From Leptolyngbya sp. DLM2.Bin27 (GTDB lineage Bacteria > Cyanobacteriota > Cyanobacteriia > Phormidesmidales > Phormidesmidaceae): a stretch of DNA of 64,000 nt. Shown piece by piece: positions 17,922-25,531 of the stretch. Numbering within the stretch: the stretch's first letter is position 1; each line of letters opens with the position of its first letter. A program made the translations under genes and the position numbers. The DNA lies in NCBI GenBank assembly GCA_007694115.1, contig RECJ01000242.1, positions 18,089 through 82,088 of the forward strand. The letters run 5' to 3'. The notes under the pieces are model-generated. The model was not told where the DNA came from and ran no database searches. It saw nothing but the letters and a program-made list of their open reading frames with translations.

Positions 17922-19253
17922 ATGGCAGCTCAACGTAAATCGGCTCGGCAGCGGCTTGTAGATGCGGCCTTTCAGCTTTTTTCTAGCCAGGGGGTAGGCG
18001 CTACCACCACCCGCCAGGTGGCCGATCTAGCCGGGGTCAACGAGGTGACCCTGTTTCGCCAGTTTGGTAGCAAGCATGGCTTGCTTGCGGCGGTGGTTAC
18101 CGAGGCCGAAGCGCTGACTGGGGCTGGCCAGAGTTTTGATCGAGCAGTCCTAGGGCAAGCTCCCAGCGAGCAGGCACTCAAAGAGTTTCTGAGCCAGTGC
18201 CTAGACACCCTGGGCCAGCGCTCAGAATTGGCGCGATCGGTGATCGGTGAGGCGGGGCAATTTTCTGCCGAAAACAGTCAATCCCTGGGGCGGGGGCTGC
18301 AAACCATTCGCGACTTTATGGCCGCAGCGCTAGAGGCCATCTTGGGCCTAGAAGAATCTCCCTATCCCCGATCTGAGGAGGTGGCGGGGATGGTGATGGC
18401 GCTGCTGCTCGGCTATACGGCCATTGCTAGTGCTACCGAGGGGGCAGAAAGCGCCCCAGAAAGCCCTACAGACGCTGGCCGGTTCCACGCCTCACCACTC
18501 TGGCCTAGCCGAACCGCTTTTACCGATAGCCTGGCGGTTTGGCTGCTCAGTCTGCGCCCCCAGACCGCTGCCCCCCGCAACTCTCCCGATCAGCCCAGCC
18601 CGTCTACCCCTGCCCCCATTACAGAAACCTGGCTGGATCTGCCCGCCCCGGTGGTGCACCAGATTTTGCAGGCGGCCCGCAAGGCTGGCAACCAAACCTA
18701 CGCTCTGATCTACCTGCTGTTGGGGGCCGGAGTGGCGGCGGCAGAGGTGCCACTCTTAACCCGCGCCAGCGCCATCTACGACAGCAGCCAGCACATTTTG
18801 CTGGTCGGCCCCCAGCACCGCCAGGTACCCCTCAACCAGTGGATTTTGGGCCAGCGCTACGGCACCTACACCAAAAACCCCTTGACCCGCTGGCTAAAGA
18901 GTCGCAGCGATGACTCGCCCGCCATGTTCTTAGGGCCAGACCAACAGCCGATCACCGCCTACCGGGTGCGGCATCTGTGGGCCGAGGTGACCGCAGCTAT
19001 CCTGCTCCCCACCAGCGAGGCCCTTGGGGTAGAGCAAGCCCGCGCCACCTGGTGTGTCGAGATGCTGCTGAAGGGGCTCAGCCGCCAAGAGCTAAGTCTG
19101 CTGAGCGGGCTGACGGTCGAACAGCTCGACCCGCTGGTGCAAAAGGCCCAGGCGCGATCGGCCCTAGCCCAAGCTCTACGGCTTGATCAGCAGCCCGGCA
19201 CGGTAGCGGGTAAGACTAAGACCAGCGAAGCCCCAGCTGTGGCCGAAGACTAA
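17922..19253 (+). CDS. TetR-family regulator fused to a degenerate tyrosine-recombinase-like C-terminal domain
   Basis: HTH TTRQVADLAGVNEVTLFRQFGSK; C-terminal LLLGAGVAAAEV...RQVPL...QARATWCVEMLLKG resembles integrase boxes I/II. Confidence 0.85.
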   Translation: MAAQRKSARQRLVDAAFQLFSSQGVGATTTRQVADLAGVNEVTLFRQFGSKHGLLAAVVTEAEALTGAGQSFDRAVLGQAPSEQALKEFLSQCLDTLGQRSELARSVIGEAGQFSAENSQSLGRGLQTIRDFMAAALEAILGLEESPYPRSEEVAGMVMALLLGYTAIASATEGAESAPESPTDAGRFHASPLWPSRTAFTDSLAVWLLSLRPQTAAPRNSPDQPSPSTPAPITETWLDLPAPVVHQILQAARKAGNQTYALIYLLLGAGVAAAEVPLLTRASAIYDSSQHILLVGPQHRQVPLNQWILGQRYGTYTKNPLTRWLKSRSDDSPAMFLGPDQQPITAYRVRHLWAEVTAAILLPTSEALGVEQARATWCVEMLLKGLSRQELSLLSGLTVEQLDPLVQKAQARSALAQALRLDQQPGTVAGKTKTSEAPAVAED

Positions 19254-19511
19254 TACTGAATCCGCCTTGGCTAGCTGCGGTTGGGCTGGGCAAACACCGT
19301 TTGTCTCTACACAAGCCGCCTGTTTGGAAAACGATTATCAAGCCACTCTTTAGCTGATTTCCCAGGCCGAGAGCCTGAGCGGTAGAGATTGCCGCCGCCC
19401 TAGCGCCGTCTTGGTAAGGAAACCCGCACCTTTTTAGGGATGAAATATTACGAAAACGGCCTGTATTTGATGCTCTAGCCTCGGCTCTGGGAAGTAAACC
19501 CGTGCCGACGA

Positions 19512-20045
19512 TCACCAGCCTGGTGGTGGTATTGGGTCGGGCAGGTCTTGCAGCGCCACCTGGGTATCGTAGCGGGTGAAGCCGCGTGCCTCGTAGTTTT
19601 TGTAGGCGTGGGGGCCATCGAGACTGCAGGTGTGCACCCACACCCGGCTGGCCCCCATGGCCCAGGCGCGCTGCACGCCCACCGTCAGCAGGTGCCCCCC
19701 GATGCCCCGGCCAATGAACTGGGGCAGCAGGCCAAAGTAGACGATTTCCACATTCCCCTGGGGCTGTTGGCCAAGTTCTATATAGCCCGCTGGGGTGCCT
19801 GACCAGTAGGCTACCCAGGTTTCGATCTCAGGCTGGCTGAGGTAGGTGAGCCAGCGATCGCGGTTCCAGGCCAGTCTTTCGTGCCAGTGCCACGGGCCAC
19901 CGACGCTGGTGTAGAGAAAGCGGCTAAACTCTGGGCAGGGCACCTGGGCCTGGCGAATGTCGAGGGCAGGTTGCTCAATCAGCTGAGGTCGCAGCTGGGC
20001 CGGGTTGAGCATTTCTAAATACCAGGTGGTCACATCAACTGGCAT
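19512..20045 (-). CDS. GNAT N-acetyltransferase
   Basis: FGLLPQFIGRGIGGHLL motif A; NYEARGF. Confidence 0.9.
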   Translation of the reverse strand: MPVDVTTWYLEMLNPAQLRPQLIEQPALDIRQAQVPCPEFSRFLYTSVGGPWHWHERLAWNRDRWLTYLSQPEIETWVAYWSGTPAGYIELGQQPQGNVEIVYFGLLPQFIGRGIGGHLLTVGVQRAWAMGASRVWVHTCSLDGPHAYKNYEARGFTRYDTQVALQDLPDPIPPPGW

Positions 20046-20833
20046 TAGTGCAGTAGGTCTCCCTTAAACACAGTCACGGCCTGGCCGCTGAGGCGGACGC
20101 GATCGCCCTCATCTTGCACCTTGACCACGCCGCCCCGTGCCGACGACTGGTGGGCCAAAAACGTGGTTTTGCCCAGCTTTTCGCGCCAGTAGGGGCTGAG
20201 ACAGCAGTGGGCCGACCCGGTGACTGGGTCTTCGTCAATGCCGATGGCCGGGGCAAAAAAGCGCGAGACAAAATCGTAGGGGGCATCGCCCCGGCTGGTG
20301 ACGATCACTCCGTGGACGGGGAACTGCGCCAGGGCGGCAAAATCGGGCCGCAGGTCGCGTACCGCCGCCGCCGACTCTAGCTCAACCAGGTAGCCCAGGG
20401 AGTTTTGGGCGATGCCTGTGGGGGTTGCGCCCAAAGCTTCTGTTAGACCATCCGGGAGAGCAATAGAGTTGGACGGGTTGGTCGGAAAGTTAAGCTCAAT
20501 CCAGTCGCCCAGGCGGCGGGCGGTGAGCACCCCGCTGCGAGTGTAAAACGTGGCGGGGTGTTCGTTGCTCAGGTGCCCCTCGCTCCAGAGCACATGGCAG
20601 GTGGCCAGGGTGGCGTGGCCGCACAGGTCAACCTCCACGGTAGGGGTAAACCACCGCAGGCGGTAGCCGTCGGCTTCGGGGTAAAAAAAGGCGGTTTCTG
20701 ACAGGTTCATCTCTTGGGCGACCTGCTGCATCCAGCGGTCGGGACAGGCCTCGGGCAACACACACACAGCGGCAGGGTTGCCCCCGTAGGCGACGTCGGT
20801 AAAGGCATCGACCTGAGTAATGGCAATCGTCAT
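20045..20833 (-). CDS. PhzF family isomerase
   Basis: VDAFT, GNPAAV, NLSETAF, EVDLCGHATLA, EDPVTGSAH. Confidence 0.95.
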   Translation of the reverse strand: MTIAITQVDAFTDVAYGGNPAAVCVLPEACPDRWMQQVAQEMNLSETAFFYPEADGYRLRWFTPTVEVDLCGHATLATCHVLWSEGHLSNEHPATFYTRSGVLTARRLGDWIELNFPTNPSNSIALPDGLTEALGATPTGIAQNSLGYLVELESAAAVRDLRPDFAALAQFPVHGVIVTSRGDAPYDFVSRFFAPAIGIDEDPVTGSAHCCLSPYWREKLGKTTFLAHQSSARGGVVKVQDEGDRVRLSGQAVTVFKGDLLH

Positions 20834-20940
20834 AGGGGCTAAAGTTTTGCGGGTTAAAACTCAAACAACATCAATGCTGAACTAGCGTTCGCTAAATCTG
20901 CTCAGCGGTCATCAAGCAGCGATCCAAGGGATAGTCGGCG

Positions 20941-20988
20941 AACCTCTCTTGGGCAAACCTCTCTTGGGCAAACCTCTCCTGGGCAAAC
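20941..20988. repeat. 15-bp tandem repeat x3
   Basis: AACCTCTCYTGGGCA repeated three times. Confidence 0.8.
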
Positions 20989-21045
20989 TGCGGCAGGGCG
21001 CTGGTAGGTCGCCTTTGCAACCGTCCGATGGCAGCTAACCACCCC

Positions 21046-21627
21046 TTAGCCAAAGTAGGGCGGGGCGTTGCCCGGTGCCCACTTAATGTTGCAGCCGACG
21101 CTGGGCTTTTGGTCGTTAGTTAACGCTTTGCCCGCCAGCACCGCATCGAGGGCTGCGCGCAGGTCTTTGCCCGTGACCGGTAGGCCGTTGCTGGGGCGGC
21201 TGTCGTCGAGCTGGCCCCGATAGACCAGGGCTTTGGCCTGGTCAAACACAAAGAAATCGGGCGTGCAGGCGGCGGTATAGGCTTTGGCGACGGCCTGGGT
21301 TTCGTCAAAACAGTAGGGGAAGGTAAAGCCCACGTCTTGGGCCTGGGCTTTGAGGTGTTCTGGCCCATCTTGGGGATGGGTGGCAAGGCTGTTGGCGCTG
21401 ATGGCCACAATGCCCAACCCCTGGGGAATATAGTCTTTGCCGATGCGGGCCAGCTCTTGCTCGACATGCTTTACAAAGGGGCAGTGGCAGCAAATAAACA
21501 TCACCAGCAGGGCCGGGTCGTCAGCAAAGGTGTCGAGGGTTATGATCTCGCCGCTCACCACACTGGGTAGGGCAAAGGCGGGGGCAGCGGTGCCGAGGGG
21601 CAGCATGGTAGATTCCACCATAGCCAT
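21046..21627 (-). CDS. thioredoxin-fold AhpC/TSA family protein
   Basis: MFICCHCPFV, ACTPDFF, YRGQLDDSRP, SVGCNIKW. Confidence 0.92.
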   Translation of the reverse strand: MAMVESTMLPLGTAAPAFALPSVVSGEIITLDTFADDPALLVMFICCHCPFVKHVEQELARIGKDYIPQGLGIVAISANSLATHPQDGPEHLKAQAQDVGFTFPYCFDETQAVAKAYTAACTPDFFVFDQAKALVYRGQLDDSRPSNGLPVTGKDLRAALDAVLAGKALTNDQKPSVGCNIKWAPGNAPPYFG

Positions 21628-21688
21628 GGGTTGTGTCTCCAGGTGAGTTTTCTTTATGGTACTGAGGATAGTGCCGAGGGATGGGGCT

Positions 21689-22138
21689 GTGACCACTGCC
21701 AAATTGACCACTATTTGTAACTACCTGGAGATTTCGCCCACCCTGGGCACTGCCGGGCAGCCCACCGCAGAGCAGTTTGAGGCGATCGCCGATGCGGGCT
21801 ACACAGTCGTGGTCAACCTGGCTCTGTCGACCGCCGATAATGCCTTGGCCAACGAGGCCGAATTGGTCAAAAGCCTCGGCATGACCCACTTTCATCTCCC
21901 CGTAGTCTGGGCAGCGCCCAGCCCAGGGGATCTAGAGATATTTTTTCGGGTAATGGAGAAAAATCGTCACCTCAAGGTCTTTGTCCACTGTGCCCTCAAC
22001 CTGCGGGTCTCGGTCTTTGTCTATCTCTACCGCGTGCTGCGCCTCAAAGAAAGTGAACCCGCTGCCTATGCTGACCTGCACCGTATTTGGCGGCCTAACC
22101 CCACTTGGCAAGCCTTCATCGACCAAACCCTAGACTAA
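21689..22138 (+). CDS. DUF442/PTP-like phosphatase-fold protein
   Basis: TAGQPT, VVNLA, VHCALNLRVS (CX4R-type loop); start uncertain (GTG 21689). Confidence 0.8.
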   Translation: MTTAKLTTICNYLEISPTLGTAGQPTAEQFEAIADAGYTVVVNLALSTADNALANEAELVKSLGMTHFHLPVVWAAPSPGDLEIFFRVMEKNRHLKVFVHCALNLRVSVFVYLYRVLRLKESEPAAYADLHRIWRPNPTWQAFIDQTLD

Positions 22139-22240
22139 GGCGATTTCTCGACAAGAACTGCCCTGCATTGGGCAAACGGTTGTTTGCCCCTACGGTAGAA
22201 CAACTCGTAAGAGGGGTCTTTTCTCGGCTGGAAATCTCCC
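22135..22240 (-). mobile_element. 106-bp MITE-like element, copy 2
   Basis: Reverse-complement homolog of 4941-5046; ends GGAGATTTC/GAAATCGCC form imperfect TIRs. Confidence 0.6.
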
Positions 22241-22244
22241 AACC

Positions 22245-22310
22245 CACCCCGTCACCCCATCACTCCATCACCCCATCACCCCATCACTCCATCACCCCTT
22301 CACCCCCACT
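22245..22310. repeat. 8-mer short tandem repeats (CCCCATCA/CTCCATCA)
   Basis: About 6 tandem units, STRR-like. Confidence 0.75.
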
Positions 22311-22345
22311 TCCCACGCCGCTCCCTCCTCCCCTAAAATGTCTCT

Positions 22346-23056
22346 ATGCGATCTGAGACCCACTACCAAACCCTCGAAATTGACGAGACCGCGACCCAGG
22401 CAGAGATCAAGCGCGCCTATCGCCGTCTAGCCAAGCAGTTTCACCCCGACAGCAAAAGCGATCAGGCCTCCCACAATCGCATTGCCCAGATCAACACCGC
22501 CTACGAGGTGATTGGTGACCCCTCGCGCCGCACGGTTTACGACCAGCAGCGCAGTGGGTTTGTCGTCGCTGACCCGGTAGAGAGCGCCGCCAGCCGGGCC
22601 AAGCGTACCGCCGCCGCGCAGCAGGTCTATCGATATGCCCGTCAGGCCACCCAGTCGTCTGAGGTCAGGGAAGATGCTTGGCTCAAGCTGGTCTATGGCC
22701 CGGTGGATCGTTTGATGGGCAAGATTATGTCACCGCTGAGAACAGAGATTCGCAAACTGGCGGCTGACCCCTTCGACGATGAGCTGATGGAGGGGTTTAT
22801 GGCGTACCTAGAGCAGAGTCGCACCTGGCTGGGGCAGGCCCAGGGCAAGTTTAATTCGATGGCTAACCCGGCTAGCACGGCGGGGGCGGCGGCAGATATT
22901 TACCACTGCCTGGGGCTGCTGGAGGATGGCCTCGATGAGCTGGAACGGTTCACCATGAGCTACGAAGAGAGCTACATTCATACGGGCACAGAGTTGTTTC
23001 GCCGGGTGAAGCAGTTGCGGCTAGAGGCCAAGGAGCGGGTCAAGCGCCTGGTGTAA
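22346..23056 (+). CDS. J-domain (DnaJ type III) protein
   Basis: HYQTL...IKRAYRRLAKQFHPD. Confidence 0.92.
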   Translation: MRSETHYQTLEIDETATQAEIKRAYRRLAKQFHPDSKSDQASHNRIAQINTAYEVIGDPSRRTVYDQQRSGFVVADPVESAASRAKRTAAAQQVYRYARQATQSSEVREDAWLKLVYGPVDRLMGKIMSPLRTEIRKLAADPFDDELMEGFMAYLEQSRTWLGQAQGKFNSMANPASTAGAAADIYHCLGLLEDGLDELERFTMSYEESYIHTGTELFRRVKQLRLEAKERVKRLV

Positions 23057-23064
23057 TCGGTTCC

Positions 23065-23172
23065 TGCCGTGGGATGCAGCCGCACAGCGATGCCCCATTT
23101 CAAGGGATTATTAGTGAGAGTTTGCCGTAGGTGCATCCGCGCAGCGATGCACCGTTTTAAGGGATTTTTGGT
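23065..23172 (+). repeat. two about 50-bp direct repeats (period 58) each containing a REP-like hairpin
   Basis: TGCCGTGGGATGCAGCCGCACAGCGATGCCCCATTTCAAGGGATT vs TGCCGTAGGTGCATCCGCGCAGCGATGCACCGTTTTAAGGGATT. Confidence 0.7.
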
Positions 23173-23184
23173 AGCAAAACACGC

Positions 23185-24147
23185 ATGAACCAAGGGTGGG
23201 TTTACCGCGATCGCATCTCCCCCGCCGATGCCGATCTTTCGGTGCTAGAGTTCTACAGCCGCCGCTATCGCCACTCCAGTCGGGGTAAGTGGCGCGATCG
23301 CATCCTCTCGGGCCAAATTCGCCACAACGGAATTTCTCTAGCCCCAGACGATCGCCTCCAGGCAGGGGAGACGTTAACCTATCACCGGCCACCGTGGGAG
23401 GAGCCGGCGGTGCCCCTAGAGTTTGAGGTGCTGTATGAGGATGACGATTTGATGGCGATCGCCAAGCCCTCGGGGCTGCCAGTGCTGCCAGGCGGGGGCT
23501 TTCTCACCCATACGCTGCTGCATCAGCTTCGGCATCGCTACCCAGAGAACCCGCCGATTCCGGTGCATCGGCTGGGGCGGGGCACCTCGGGGGTGATGGT
23601 GCTGGGCAGGTCTCCCCTGGCGCGCGCGGTGCTCAGTCGCCAACTGCGTGAGTCTACCGCTGCGGCCCACGATCCCCAGGCATCCCGCCCCATTCGCAAG
23701 ACGTATCGAGCGCTGATTGGGATCAGCGACTTGCCCGACGAGTTTACCCTCACCACCCCCATTGGCAAAGTCGCTTACCCCGGGCTGGGGTATGTGTACG
23801 CGGCCTCACCGACGGGTCTACCGTCCTACAGCGACGGCAACGTCATTCAACGCAGGCCAGACGCTACCCTGGTGGAAATCACGATTCGCACCGGGCGGCC
23901 CCATCAAATTCGCATTCACCTCGCGGCAGCCGGGTTTCCGCTACTGGGTGACCCGCTGTATGGGGTGGGCGGTTTGCCCCTCGCCGTTGTCCCCGCAGCG
24001 GATGGCACAGTTCCTGTCCCCGGTGATATGGGGTATCACCTCCACGCCTATCGGCTAGCGCTACTCCATCCCCGCACCCAGGAGCCTTTGGAGATTATCT
24101 GCCCGGCCCCCATCACCCTGGCGCTGCGCAGCGGTCTGACGACCTAA
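23185..24147 (+). CDS. RluA-family pseudouridine synthase with S4-like domain
   Basis: KPSGLPV, HRLGRGTSG, TGRPHQIRIH, PLLGDPLY. Confidence 0.92.
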   Translation: MNQGWVYRDRISPADADLSVLEFYSRRYRHSSRGKWRDRILSGQIRHNGISLAPDDRLQAGETLTYHRPPWEEPAVPLEFEVLYEDDDLMAIAKPSGLPVLPGGGFLTHTLLHQLRHRYPENPPIPVHRLGRGTSGVMVLGRSPLARAVLSRQLRESTAAAHDPQASRPIRKTYRALIGISDLPDEFTLTTPIGKVAYPGLGYVYAASPTGLPSYSDGNVIQRRPDATLVEITIRTGRPHQIRIHLAAAGFPLLGDPLYGVGGLPLAVVPAADGTVPVPGDMGYHLHAYRLALLHPRTQEPLEIICPAPITLALRSGLTT

Positions 24148-24184
24148 TCCCCACAGAACCCACCCATTCACCCGGCCCCTCGCC

Positions 24185-24211
24185 GGGGCAGACACATAGG
24201 TCTGCCCCTAC
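24185..24211 (-). repeat. GTAG-family REP-like palindrome
   Basis: rc GTAGGGGCAGACCTATGTGTCTGCCCC; near-identical copies at 48105 and 58182. Confidence 0.75.
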
Positions 24212-24268
24212 CACCGCCCTACGCATCCACCCATCTACCCCCCTACCCATCTACTCCCCACGCTCCAC

Positions 24269-24676
24269 TCACCCGCGCGATCGCACCATCAGCTGCTGCT
24301 CTGCCTGACCAAAGCCATATTTTTCATAGAACGGCTGCATCTCGGGGGTGCAAAACAGCTGAATGCACTCTACCTGGGCGAGCTGGGGGTGGCTGGTGAT
24401 GTGCTCGATCAAGCTTCTCGATAGCCCCTGCCCCCGGTAGTCGGCGGCCACAATCACATCGAAGACGATCGCCCGGTAGACCCCGTCGGTGAGCACGCGC
24501 GCAAAGGCCGCCAGCCGCTGGGCTGCCTCATCCCACAGGCCAAACAGCAGGTCGGTGTTGCCCAGCATGGTGTGTACATCGGCCAGGGTGCGGTCTTTGC
24601 ACCACCACTCTGGCCGATACATCTGGTGCAGCTGTTCAATTTGGGTTGGGGTGAGCTGGTGAATCAGGGTAAGCAT
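24269..24676 (-). CDS. GNAT N-acetyltransferase
   Basis: FARVLTD, DVIVAADYRGQGL, FYEKYGF. Confidence 0.92.
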   Translation of the reverse strand: MLTLIHQLTPTQIEQLHQMYRPEWWCKDRTLADVHTMLGNTDLLFGLWDEAAQRLAAFARVLTDGVYRAIVFDVIVAADYRGQGLSRSLIEHITSHPQLAQVECIQLFCTPEMQPFYEKYGFGQAEQQLMVRSRG

Positions 24677-25022
24677 AAGTTAGATGTCGTTTGCTAACGG
24701 TACGATAATTCTGACCCAGCGGCTGCCCTAAAGAGCCTAGAATCAAGACATAGAGCGGCAAGAGACCTATCTTACTGCCGATGGCAAGGGCCGACGCTAC
24801 CGATATAGTTGGGTCAATGCTGCGAAAGTCAGAGGTGGGGTTGAGCCACTACCGCCGACCCTCTCACCTCAAGCACCTCCCACTTCAAGCAATTGAGGTC
24901 TGCGCGGGTTTGAGGCCACAAGCTTAAAACAAGCTTGAGACGATATCGCAGGCTACCGCCGCCAGCCCGATCTCAGTGGGAGATCGCCTTGGCCTTGACC
25001 ATCTATAACGGAGGACCCCTCC

Positions 25023-25454
25023 ATGAAACTCTCTTTCCTGGCTGGAGCTGCGATCGCAGTTCCCCTAGTTTTTACCATGCCCGTGCAGGCCGAAAACCCG
25101 GCCCACGTGCAGCAGCTGATTGAAACCAATCTCTGCCAGGGCTGTGACCTGTCGGGTGCTGACCTGACCCAGGCCCATTTGATCGGGGCCGACCTGCGCG
25201 ATGCCAACCTGCAAGGGGCCATTTTGTATGAATCTAATCTCGAAGGAGCCGACCTAACCGGGGCTGACCTGACCGGGGCCGACTTGACCCGCGCATTTTT
25301 AACCAACGCCCTGTTTGAAGACGCCACCCTCGATGAGGCCAACCTCACCGAAGCCCATATCTACTTTGTCGATGTCACCGGGGCTTCGCTGTTAGATGTT
25401 GATTTGACCAGGGCTGACATTGTAGGTACACCAATTAGCATTGGCGGCGACTGA
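25023..25454 (+). CDS. exported pentapeptide-repeat protein
   Basis: Signal peptide, CQGCDLSGADL, A(D/N)Lxx repeats. Confidence 0.93.
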   Translation: MKLSFLAGAAIAVPLVFTMPVQAENPAHVQQLIETNLCQGCDLSGADLTQAHLIGADLRDANLQGAILYESNLEGADLTGADLTGADLTRAFLTNALFEDATLDEANLTEAHIYFVDVTGASLLDVDLTRADIVGTPISIGGD

Positions 25455-25531
25455 TCGACAGCGGCCAAGGGCAAACAGGGAGTTCACTCCCTGGTGGTTG
25501 GGGCCGAAGTCCCTTAGCCTATGGGCATTTC

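Noticed and set aside
18630-19190. Active integrase marking a genomic island
   Set aside because: Catalytic Arg/His/Tyr not present; no att sites or cargo; flanks are housekeeping-type genes
19326-19340. Zur/Fur-box-like GGAAAACGATTATCA
   Set aside because: Three mismatches to the palindrome, and it lies between convergent gene ends with no downstream start
23065-23172. Mini CRISPR array
   Set aside because: Only two diverged units, spacer about 10 nt, no cas genes; fits REP-like repeats
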